This document shows, in pieces, positions 1 to 6,789 of a stretch of DNA of 12,446 nt. The stretch's first letter is position 1. Each line of letters opens with the position of its first letter. A program made the translations under genes and the position numbers. The notes under the pieces are model-generated. The model did no database searches, was not told the origin of the DNA, and saw only the letters and a list, made by a program, of their open reading frames with translations. Source of the DNA: Elusimicrobiota bacterium (GTDB lineage Bacteria > Elusimicrobiota > Elusimicrobia > UBA1565); the NCBI GenBank assembly GCA_043827405.1, contig JBDRPD010000070.1, positions 1 through 12,446 on the forward strand, given 5' to 3'.

Positions 1-48
1 CCCCGCCGGGGACCGGCGCTCGTTGACGGCAACAACAACATGAACCGA

Positions 49-79
49 GCTTCACTCTCCCCCGCGGGGAGAGTGAAGC
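49..79. terminator. Perfect 14-bp GC-rich hairpin; candidate terminator or REP-like palindrome downstream of the RDD gene
   Basis: GCTTCACTCTCCCC (49-62), loop CGC, GGGGAGAGTGAAGC (66-79) are exact reverse complements. It lies about 70 nt past the RDD stop. There is no canonical U-tract (minus strand continues TCGGTTCATGTTGTTG), so function is inferred. Confidence 0.55.
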
Positions 80-150
80 AGTAGAGGGGGGCGAAAAGCC
101 GTTTCCGTTCAGAAACTATGGCTTACTGGAGGTTTTGGGGACTTTTCGCC

Positions 151-939
151 TCAAGGCCCCCGCAGAGTCACAACGGTATGGCGGCGATCCTTAGCGCGCG
201 CGCGCAGGATATAGCCGTCATCGATCACCGCAAACACGAAACCATCGGTATGAAAAATCTTTTCCATCGCTCCGCGAAATTTTGTCACATCGCCGCTGGT
301 CTTGGCGAGCTCCACCAGATCGTCCGTATACGCGCCGTGTTCGACTTTATACGCCTCCTCGACCGCCGCCAGCACCTTAAGCCCTTCGCGCGCCTTCGCG
401 ACCGCTGCGCGGTCCTGCGGCGACGGCTGCTTGAAGCTTAACCACACATTGGAAACAATGATCAGCCCCAGCACCATGAAGGATAAGAAGGCCGAAGCCA
501 GCGCGACCGCGGGAGGCTTCGGCTCGACCTCGATGACAACGCTTCCGGACAGCAGATCATGCCAGGTCCGCGAATCCCGGTCGAACAGGCTCCACAGGAA
601 CCCCAGATTCAGCAGCGGGGTGCTCACCAGATAGCCGCCGGCGCGCAGCAAACTTCGGCCGATACCGAGCCCTCCGCCGTCGCGTCTTACGACCCGAATG
701 CCGAACAGGCGCTTGCCGATCGTCCCGCCGGAAATATTGCCAATGACCTGGTAGGCGATGTAGAGGACCAGCCATGCCGCAAAGACCTGCCGCCACATTG
801 CTTCCGTATTCGACAGGAGGCCGAGCCGAACGATGAGGACGTACAGGCTCAAATAATAGCCGACGACAAACGGCACGAAGTCCAGAACAAAAGCCAGAAA
901 ACGGTCGGTGATCTTCGCTGGCTGAAGACCCTCTTGCAT
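151..939 (-). CDS. RDD family membrane protein with C-terminal type IV pilin-like domain
   Basis: RDD hallmarks: DRFLAFVLD, GGTIGKRLFGIRVV, SLLR, RTWHDLLSGSVV, with TM helices. A further TM helix is followed by AREGLKVLAAVEEAYKVEHGAYTDDLVEL, which resembles the pilin alpha1-C segment. Confidence 0.9.
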   Translation of the reverse strand: MQEGLQPAKITDRFLAFVLDFVPFVVGYYLSLYVLIVRLGLLSNTEAMWRQVFAAWLVLYIAYQVIGNISGGTIGKRLFGIRVVRRDGGGLGIGRSLLRAGGYLVSTPLLNLGFLWSLFDRDSRTWHDLLSGSVVIEVEPKPPAVALASAFLSFMVLGLIIVSNVWLSFKQPSPQDRAAVAKAREGLKVLAAVEEAYKVEHGAYTDDLVELAKTSGDVTKFRGAMEKIFHTDGFVFAVIDDGYILRARAKDRRHTVVTLRGP

Positions 940-951
940 AGGCGAATAATA

Positions 952-3291
952 CTAATTTTGCGGGAGGCTGCTTTTGTTCAGACGCCAGCGGAGATAGAGG
1001 TAGAAGGCGCCGAGGGGGATCATGCCCCAAGCGAGATAGAGGAACGGTGCGAAGCCCGCGACGTTCTGAAACAGCGCCTTGAGCCCCAGCAGGCCCAGCG
1101 TGCTGACGAGCATCGATGCCGAGCCGAAAAAGCCCATGGCATCCGGCATATTGTCGGCCTCGACGCCGTTTTCATCCGTTGCGGGAACCCGAGACTGGAA
1201 GAAGCTGCGGAGCTTGAGCACCGAAATGACTTGGGCGATACCGAAGAATATCAGCGCCGCGGCCTGCACCGTCAAGCCGCTCGCCCAGGAAAGGAAGGAA
1301 GGCAAAGCCACCATCTGCCCCAGAGTCGCCAGGGGGAAGGCGAGCGGCACCAGCATCGAAAGTCCCGCGGCACCCAAGAGCAGCCAAGTCAGCATCGACT
1401 TGCGCAGCTTCTCATTCTGCCAGGGCGTGATTTCTTTTGCCCAATCCGCGTCGGAAATCTTGCCGCGATTGGCCTCGGCCTCGGCGCGCATCTTCCCCAT
1501 ACTGCGCTTATTGCGCCACTGCTCCCACATCAGAAGCAGTCCGCCGAACAGGCCGCCCATGCTGTAAAGTCCGGTCAGCCAGCCCTGCACCGAGGCGGCC
1601 AGCTCCGGCGTCGGCATCAGGCGCAGCCCGAAGGCCGGAGCGAGCATGGTGTAAAGGAGGGGATTGATCAAGACATACATCGTATAGGCGAGAAACGAAT
1701 AACGCAGAGGCTTGTTCTGCCAAACCAGCTTCGCGCCGTATGCCAGCTTGCCGAAAAAGCCTCTTTCCGCGCCGGCCTTCTTCGTAAGCTCGAGCGCGCG
1801 CAGCTGCTCAAGCCGCTTGGGAATACGCAGCGTCATAAACACGATCACCAAGCTGACGCCCATCGCCACCGGGAAGGCGATCAGCGCCGGCAGGAACCCC
1901 ATGCTGGCGACAATCGAGCCGGTAAGGATCGGGGTAACAATGGCCGCCATTTCGAGGATCGTCTGCTGCCAGGTCCAGAACTTCTCGAGCTTAGCGGTTT
2001 CGCGGCCCACGATGGCGGGGGGGATGCTCTCCAGCGCGGTCAGGGAAATACCCGCCAGAACACCGTTGATAGCGTAAAAGCCGCCCATCATCAGGAGGGA
2101 CATATTGCCGGTCGCCAGCAGTCCCGCCAGGAGAGAGATCGATACTAGCCGAACCGTATCCGCTCCGAGATAGGTATTCTTCAAGCTGAAGCGTCTAACG
2201 GCGAGCGGTCCGAGCTGTCGGCCGATGATCGAAGCGATCGACGAGACAATCGCCAGCTGCGCGACGGCGGTAAAATCCCCGAACGTCTTTTGAATCAAGG
2301 AGGGCATCGCGGCGCCCAGCGACTCGATTCCGATCTGCGCCACCACCAAAGACGCGATCAGCATGACGGCGACTTTACCGAGCCCCAGCCAGGCGCCCTT
2401 CTCCTTGTCTGCGGCACCGGGGGTCTTCGCCTTGGCTTGAACGGCCTGCGCGGCGATACCGGTAACTTCCGCGCCGAAATCTTCAGGCTTAAACAGCCCG
2501 CCGTCCCCGGTCTTCATATGCCCCAAGCGCCCGACTCCTGAATACCGTGGTTCGACCTCAACGCGCATGTCCGCCGCGCCGCGGCGGGCTTTGAGCGCCA
2601 AAGGAGTCGGAGCTGCGAGCTTCTTCAGGCCCGGGACACGAGACAGAAAGGGGAATGTCCTTCCGGACACCGGCATCGCGGCATAGCGGCTCGCGGAGCC
2701 CGGCGTTTGCGCATGCTGCGGGACGAAGTCTTCATCGCTGATAGACCGGTTCTTAAACGCCGAGCGCAGTTCCTTAAACCGCAGGCCGAGCGTATTGGAT
2801 CGCGAACGGACCGACTGCAGGCTGTCCGGGGTCTCCTCTATTAGCGACTGGGTATCTTCCGGGGTGGAGCGACGAATGCGTCCGGGCCGAACCTTGATGC
2901 CCGCTGACGGATCGTCCCCGCCCGGGATGGTCCGCGGAGTCCTGCCCGCGGGCAGCGGAGTCGCGCCCGGCTGAATAGTGGAAAGCGGAAGCGACAGCGA
3001 CAGCGGACTATTGGGGGCGACGACCGGATTAGCGACCGTCGCCAACGAACCGCCCAAGGGAATCACACCCGACATGCCCAAGGCATTCATCGGCATCCGC
3101 AAACCGGAGGAAATCCCGGCACCTGCGGCGCCCGCGGCGTTCCCGCCTACCGGCACCACGACCTTGACCGGCGCCACGCCCATGGCGGCCAAGGCCTCAT
3201 ATGCGCCGAGGCCCGGCGCGCCCAAAATCAGCGCCGCTGCGACATTAATCGCCAGCCCTTTTTTGAGCATCGGGACATACCTTGCGCGCAT
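952..3291 (-). CDS. MFS transporter (DHA3/EntS/MefA-like appearance) with about 300-aa N-terminal extension; start may be ATG at 3270
   Basis: Residues ~301-779 hold about 12 hydrophobic segments, a degenerate motif A (GPLAVRRFSLK), ESIPPAIVG, and a central loop followed by GAKLVWQNKPLR. Residues 1-300 are a signal-like segment plus Pro/Gly/Ser/Ala-rich sequence. An SD-like AAGGT lies 8 nt before the ATG at 3270 (MLKKGL). Confidence 0.85.
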   Translation of the reverse strand: MRARYVPMLKKGLAINVAAALILGAPGLGAYEALAAMGVAPVKVVVPVGGNAAGAAGAGISSGLRMPMNALGMSGVIPLGGSLATVANPVVAPNSPLSLSLPLSTIQPGATPLPAGRTPRTIPGGDDPSAGIKVRPGRIRRSTPEDTQSLIEETPDSLQSVRSRSNTLGLRFKELRSAFKNRSISDEDFVPQHAQTPGSASRYAAMPVSGRTFPFLSRVPGLKKLAAPTPLALKARRGAADMRVEVEPRYSGVGRLGHMKTGDGGLFKPEDFGAEVTGIAAQAVQAKAKTPGAADKEKGAWLGLGKVAVMLIASLVVAQIGIESLGAAMPSLIQKTFGDFTAVAQLAIVSSIASIIGRQLGPLAVRRFSLKNTYLGADTVRLVSISLLAGLLATGNMSLLMMGGFYAINGVLAGISLTALESIPPAIVGRETAKLEKFWTWQQTILEMAAIVTPILTGSIVASMGFLPALIAFPVAMGVSLVIVFMTLRIPKRLEQLRALELTKKAGAERGFFGKLAYGAKLVWQNKPLRYSFLAYTMYVLINPLLYTMLAPAFGLRLMPTPELAASVQGWLTGLYSMGGLFGGLLLMWEQWRNKRSMGKMRAEAEANRGKISDADWAKEITPWQNEKLRKSMLTWLLLGAAGLSMLVPLAFPLATLGQMVALPSFLSWASGLTVQAAALIFFGIAQVISVLKLRSFFQSRVPATDENGVEADNMPDAMGFFGSASMLVSTLGLLGLKALFQNVAGFAPFLYLAWGMIPLGAFYLYLRWRLNKSSLPQN

Positions 3292-3476
3292 TGTAAGGAT
3301 ATTTTATGCCTAAAGCCCTTCTCAGGAGCAGGGCCATACGGGCAATCAAACCCGGATATGCGGCCTAAAAACTTTCTAGGTCCTATTGCCTGCCTCTCAA
3401 ATGACCCGGTGCGCGACGCCCACGTCCGCGTGGCGGTTTATTAAATTTACCTGAAAAAACCACAAGTTGCAGGTGG

Positions 3477-3504
3477 TTGAATTTTATGATAAGTTTCATA
3501 TAAG
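3477..3504 (+). promoter_or_regulatory. Candidate sigma70 promoter for the HEAT-moxR-bat operon
   Basis: TTGAAT (3477-3482), 16-nt spacer, TATAAG (3499-3504), in an AT-rich island about 30 nt upstream of ATG 3534. Confidence 0.5.
3485..3500. promoter_or_regulatory. Palindromic operator candidate TATGA-N6-TCATA (CRP/FNR-family geometry)
   Basis: TATGA TAAGTT TCATA matches TGTGA-N6-TCACA at 4/5 in each half, has AT-rich flanks, and sits inside the putative promoter spacer. Confidence 0.35.
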
Positions 3505-3514
3505 GCATCTTCCC

Positions 3515-3526
3515 GGACCATGGTCC
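3515..3526. promoter_or_regulatory. Perfect 12-bp palindrome GGACCATGGTCC just upstream of the first operon gene
   Basis: Exact self-reverse-complement ending 7 nt before ATG 3534. Related GGNCCTA half-sites occur at 3362-3385. Confidence 0.35.
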
Positions 3527-3533
3527 TACATAT

Positions 3534-4187
3534 ATGAAATACGTCATGATGATCGGCGGCTTATGCATGCTGGGCTTTATCGGCGTAATGCTCATGACGT
3601 CTTCCGCGAAAAAGAAACCGCAGCAGGAAGCATCGACAGAGCTGCCCAATCCCGACATGGATGCTACGGCACCACCCCGGGTTATCATTGAAAAAGAGCC
3701 GCAGCGGCTCAAGCTTGACGGAGAATCCCTCCAGCGCGTACGCAACGCAACGCGTGATACCGACCCCAAGGTACGCTGGGATGCCGCACGCCTGCTCGTC
3801 GCGATCGAGGACGACTACGCGTCCGATGCCCTATTCGGCATCCTGCACCGCGACTCCTCTCCGGATAACCGGCGCAAAGCGCTGTCGCTGCTCGCCGACT
3901 ATGACGAACCCGTAGTCACGCGCAACATCATCCGCGCACTGCGCGACACGAACGACGACGTACGCATCGACGCGCTGAGCGCTTTGGGACAGATCGGCGA
4001 TTACCAGGCGGCTCACCCCATTGGACAAATGATGCACGATGCGAACGAACGCGTCCGCTTAAAGGCGATCAATACGCTGGACTTGCTGGAGAAACGGCGC
4101 AACAAGGAAATTTCGCAAGCCAAGACGCAGCACGCGGAGCAGATGCGTCAGTGGGAAGAGCAGGTCAAGCAGCAAAAACAACGGTAG
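3534..4187 (+). CDS. Membrane-anchored HEAT-repeat (HEAT_2/PBS-lyase-like) protein
   Basis: N-terminal hydrophobic anchor (YVMMIGGLCMLGFIGVMLM) and Pro-rich linker. Repeats DTDPKVRWDAARLL, DSSPDNRRKALSLL, DTNDDVRIDALSALGQIGD, DANERVRLKAINTL. Q/E/K-rich C-terminal helix. Confidence 0.9.
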   Translation: MKYVMMIGGLCMLGFIGVMLMTSSAKKKPQQEASTELPNPDMDATAPPRVIIEKEPQRLKLDGESLQRVRNATRDTDPKVRWDAARLLVAIEDDYASDALFGILHRDSSPDNRRKALSLLADYDEPVVTRNIIRALRDTNDDVRIDALSALGQIGDYQAAHPIGQMMHDANERVRLKAINTLDLLEKRRNKEISQAKTQHAEQMRQWEEQVKQQKQR

Positions 4188-4197
4188 GAGCGCCTCA

Positions 4198-4869
4198 ATG
4201 TATCGCATTCTCCTCGTCTGCGTTCTACTCGGCGGCATGGGATATCTCTACATGCGGAAATCACCCGCCGCGACCGAGCAGGAACTGCCCGCGCCGCCGC
4301 CGCTGCCGCCCGCTCTCCAGCACATGCCGCCGCAGGTGCTCGGGGAAGCGCAGATCGAGAAGATCCGCTTGGCGACGCTGGACGGCGATCCCCAAGTGCG
4401 CTGGGCGGCCATCGATCTGCTGTATCGAATCCGCGATCCTCGGGCCTACGAAATCCTAAAGAAAGCCCTCGTGATCGACTCGGAGTCCTCCGTGCGCCAG
4501 AAATCTCTCGATATCATCAAGAACGTGGACAGCCCCAACCGGGTGAAAGTGCTGATCAGCGCGCTCAACGACACCGAACGCAATATCCGCATCGCCGCGC
4601 TGGTGGCGCTCGGAGAGATCGGCGATCCGAACTCGACCGCGGCGATCGTCGAAATCCTGCGCGATCCCGATCCCATCGTGCGCCGGCAGGCCATCAATAC
4701 GCTGGGGATCATCCAGACCAAGCAGGATCTCGAGCACAGCAGGATGCAGGACAAAATACGTGAACAATACGAGAAGGAGCTTGCCGAACACAACCGTCAG
4801 GCAGGTGGGCTAACGTCGCCCATCAAGCACTCCGAAAAGGACCTTCTCGAAAAAAACAGGGTGGAATAG
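4198..4869 (+). CDS. Membrane-anchored HEAT-repeat protein, paralog of the upstream gene
   Basis: SD AGGAG. N-terminal anchor (ILLVCVLLGGMGYLYM) and PAPPPLPP linker. Repeats DGDPQVRWAAIDLL, DSESSVRQKSL, DTERNIRIAALVALGEIGD, DPDPIVRRQAINTLG. Confidence 0.9.
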   Translation: MYRILLVCVLLGGMGYLYMRKSPAATEQELPAPPPLPPALQHMPPQVLGEAQIEKIRLATLDGDPQVRWAAIDLLYRIRDPRAYEILKKALVIDSESSVRQKSLDIIKNVDSPNRVKVLISALNDTERNIRIAALVALGEIGDPNSTAAIVEILRDPDPIVRRQAINTLGIIQTKQDLEHSRMQDKIREQYEKELAEHNRQAGGLTSPIKHSEKDLLEKNRVE

Positions 4870-4871
4870 CG

Positions 4872-5861
4872 ATGTCGACAGATATCCGAGAGATCAACAG
4901 CAAAGTCCAAGCCGAAAGCCTCTTCGTCGCCGAACTGAAGAAGGAACTTTCCGCCGTTATCGTCGGGCAAGAGGAGATGATCGACCGACTGCTGGTCGCT
5001 CTGCTCGCGAAAGGGCATGTGCTTATCGAAGGCGTTCCCGGACTGGCGAAAACTCTAACGATCAGCACTCTGGCTTCGACGATCACCGCGCAGTTCCTCC
5101 GCATCCAGTTCACTCCGGACCTGCTCCCGGCCGATCTGACCGGAACCATGGTATTCAATCCCAAGGACAATGTTTACAGCGTGCGCAAAGGGCCGATCTT
5201 CTCCAACCTCATCCTCGCCGACGAGATCAACCGGGCGCCCGCCAAGGTGCAGAGCGCCCTGCTGGAAGCGATGCAGGAGGGCCAGGTCTCGATCGGAGGA
5301 AAATCCTATCCTCTGCCGGAGCTGTTTATGGTTCTGGCGACGCAGAACCCGATCGAGCAGGAGGGGACCTATCCGCTGCCGGAAGCTCAAGTTGACCGCT
5401 TTATGCTCAAGCTCCTGGTGGACTACCCGGGACGCGACGACGAACGCATTATCCTTGAACGCATGACCAATCCGAACCCGCCAAGCGCGCGCCAGGTGGT
5501 CACGCAGAAGCAGCTGTTCTCCGCCCGGCAGATCGTAGAGCATATTTATGTCGACGACAAGGTCAAAAACTATATCCTCGACATAGTCTTCGCTACGCGT
5601 GACCCGCAGAAATTCGGACTCGAGCGCCTGAAATCGCTGATCCGCTACGGCGCCAGCCCCCGCGCGACCATCAACCTGACCCGCGCATCCAAGGCCTTTG
5701 CGTTTCTCAACGGCCGCGGTTTCGTCACCCCGGAGGACGTCAAGTCCATCGGCCCGGACGTCCTGCGCCACCGCATCCTCACCAGCTATGAGGCCGAAGC
5801 GGAGAGCGTAACACCCGAGGACATCATGCGCAGCCTGTTTGAAACGATCGAAGTTCCCTGA
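4872..5861 (+). CDS. moxR: MoxR-family AAA+ ATPase (MoxR proper subfamily)
   Basis: Walker A GVPGLAKT, RIQFTPDLLPADLTG, Walker B LADEINRAPAKVQSALLEAMQE, ATQNPIEQEGTYPLPEAQVDRF, and lid GASPRA...VLRHR. Confidence 0.97.
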   Translation: MSTDIREINSKVQAESLFVAELKKELSAVIVGQEEMIDRLLVALLAKGHVLIEGVPGLAKTLTISTLASTITAQFLRIQFTPDLLPADLTGTMVFNPKDNVYSVRKGPIFSNLILADEINRAPAKVQSALLEAMQEGQVSIGGKSYPLPELFMVLATQNPIEQEGTYPLPEAQVDRFMLKLLVDYPGRDDERIILERMTNPNPPSARQVVTQKQLFSARQIVEHIYVDDKVKNYILDIVFATRDPQKFGLERLKSLIRYGASPRATINLTRASKAFAFLNGRGFVTPEDVKSIGPDVLRHRILTSYEAEAESVTPEDIMRSLFETIEVP

Positions 5862-5869
5862 CCGAGGTC

Positions 5870-6760
5870 ATGCTTCCCAAAGAAATCCTAGCACAGGTCC
5901 GGCGAATCGAGATCCAAACCGGCCGGTTGGTCAACGAGACGTTCGCGGGAAAATACCTGAGCGCCTTCAAGGGCCGCGGCATGGAGTTCGCCCAGGTACG
6001 AGAGTATACGCCCGGGGACGACATCCGCACGATCGACTGGAACGTAACGGCGCGCTTCGGCAAGCCCTTCATCCGGGAATATCAGGAAGAGCGGGAGCTC
6101 ACCGTCATCCTGGCCTGCGACCTATCGGGATCCCAGTTCTTCGGCTCGTTCGATAAACTGAAGCGCGAGATCGCCGCCGAACTCTCCGCCCTTCTTGCCT
6201 TTTCCGCGCTGCGGAACAACGACAAGGTAGGCCTTTTCCTCTTCACCGACCGCATCGAGCATTTCATCCCGCCGCGCAAAGGCCACCGGCACGCGCTGAC
6301 CATCATCCGGGATGTCCTGGCCTACCAGCCTCGCAACCGCGGCACGAATATCGCATCAAGCCTGGACGCCCTCAACCGCATGCTCCAGCGCCGCTGCATC
6401 GTCCTCTTGGTCTCGGATTTTCAGGATGCGGGCTATGAGAAAAGTCTCCGCCACACCGCACGCAAGCACGATCTCATCCCCATTGTCATCGAAGACCCCC
6501 GTGAAGAGAACCTGCCGGACCTGCCGGCCTATCTTGAGCTGGAGGATCCCGAGAGCGGAGCACGGACCCTTATCAGCGGGATGTCCCGCCGATCGCGCGA
6601 GGAGATCGCTGACCGGCGGCGGCGGGCACGCACCGAGCTTAATGCGCTTTTCAGCTCGGCGGGTTTGGATCATATCTCCATACGCACCGACCGGCCGTAT
6701 ATTGATCCGATTGTACGATTCTTCCGCGAACGTTCGAGGAGGGTCCTACGCTCGCGCTAA
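5870..6760 (+). CDS. DUF58 domain-containing protein (VWA-like MoxR partner)
   Basis: FKGRGMEFAQVREYTPGDDIRTIDWNVTAR, REYQEERE, MIDAS-like DLSGS, GTN and VSDF motifs. Canonical position right after moxR. Confidence 0.95.
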   Translation: MLPKEILAQVRRIEIQTGRLVNETFAGKYLSAFKGRGMEFAQVREYTPGDDIRTIDWNVTARFGKPFIREYQEERELTVILACDLSGSQFFGSFDKLKREIAAELSALLAFSALRNNDKVGLFLFTDRIEHFIPPRKGHRHALTIIRDVLAYQPRNRGTNIASSLDALNRMLQRRCIVLLVSDFQDAGYEKSLRHTARKHDLIPIVIEDPREENLPDLPAYLELEDPESGARTLISGMSRRSREEIADRRRRARTELNALFSSAGLDHISIRTDRPYIDPIVRFFRERSRRVLRSR

Positions 6761-6789
6761 GACTGCTGCTTATACCGCCGGCCGTCCTC

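Noticed and set aside
1..46. AAC-rich tract (GGCAACAACAACATGAAC) suggesting a DGR template repeat, CRISPR repeat or attenuator leader
   Set aside because: Single short copy at the window edge. No matching variable repeat, reverse transcriptase, second repeat or cas gene is visible. It cannot be judged without the left flank.
559..2148. 529-aa plus-strand ORF
   Set aside because: Codon-aligned antisense shadow of the in-frame RDD and MFS genes in GC-rich DNA, with no recognisable domain.
3383..3769. 128-aa minus-strand ORF across the divergent promoter
   Set aside because: Overlaps the HEAT gene antisense and the promoter, and has no protein-like motifs.
5055..5771. 238-aa ORF antisense to moxR
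   Set aside because: Typical shadow ORF of a conserved GC-rich gene.
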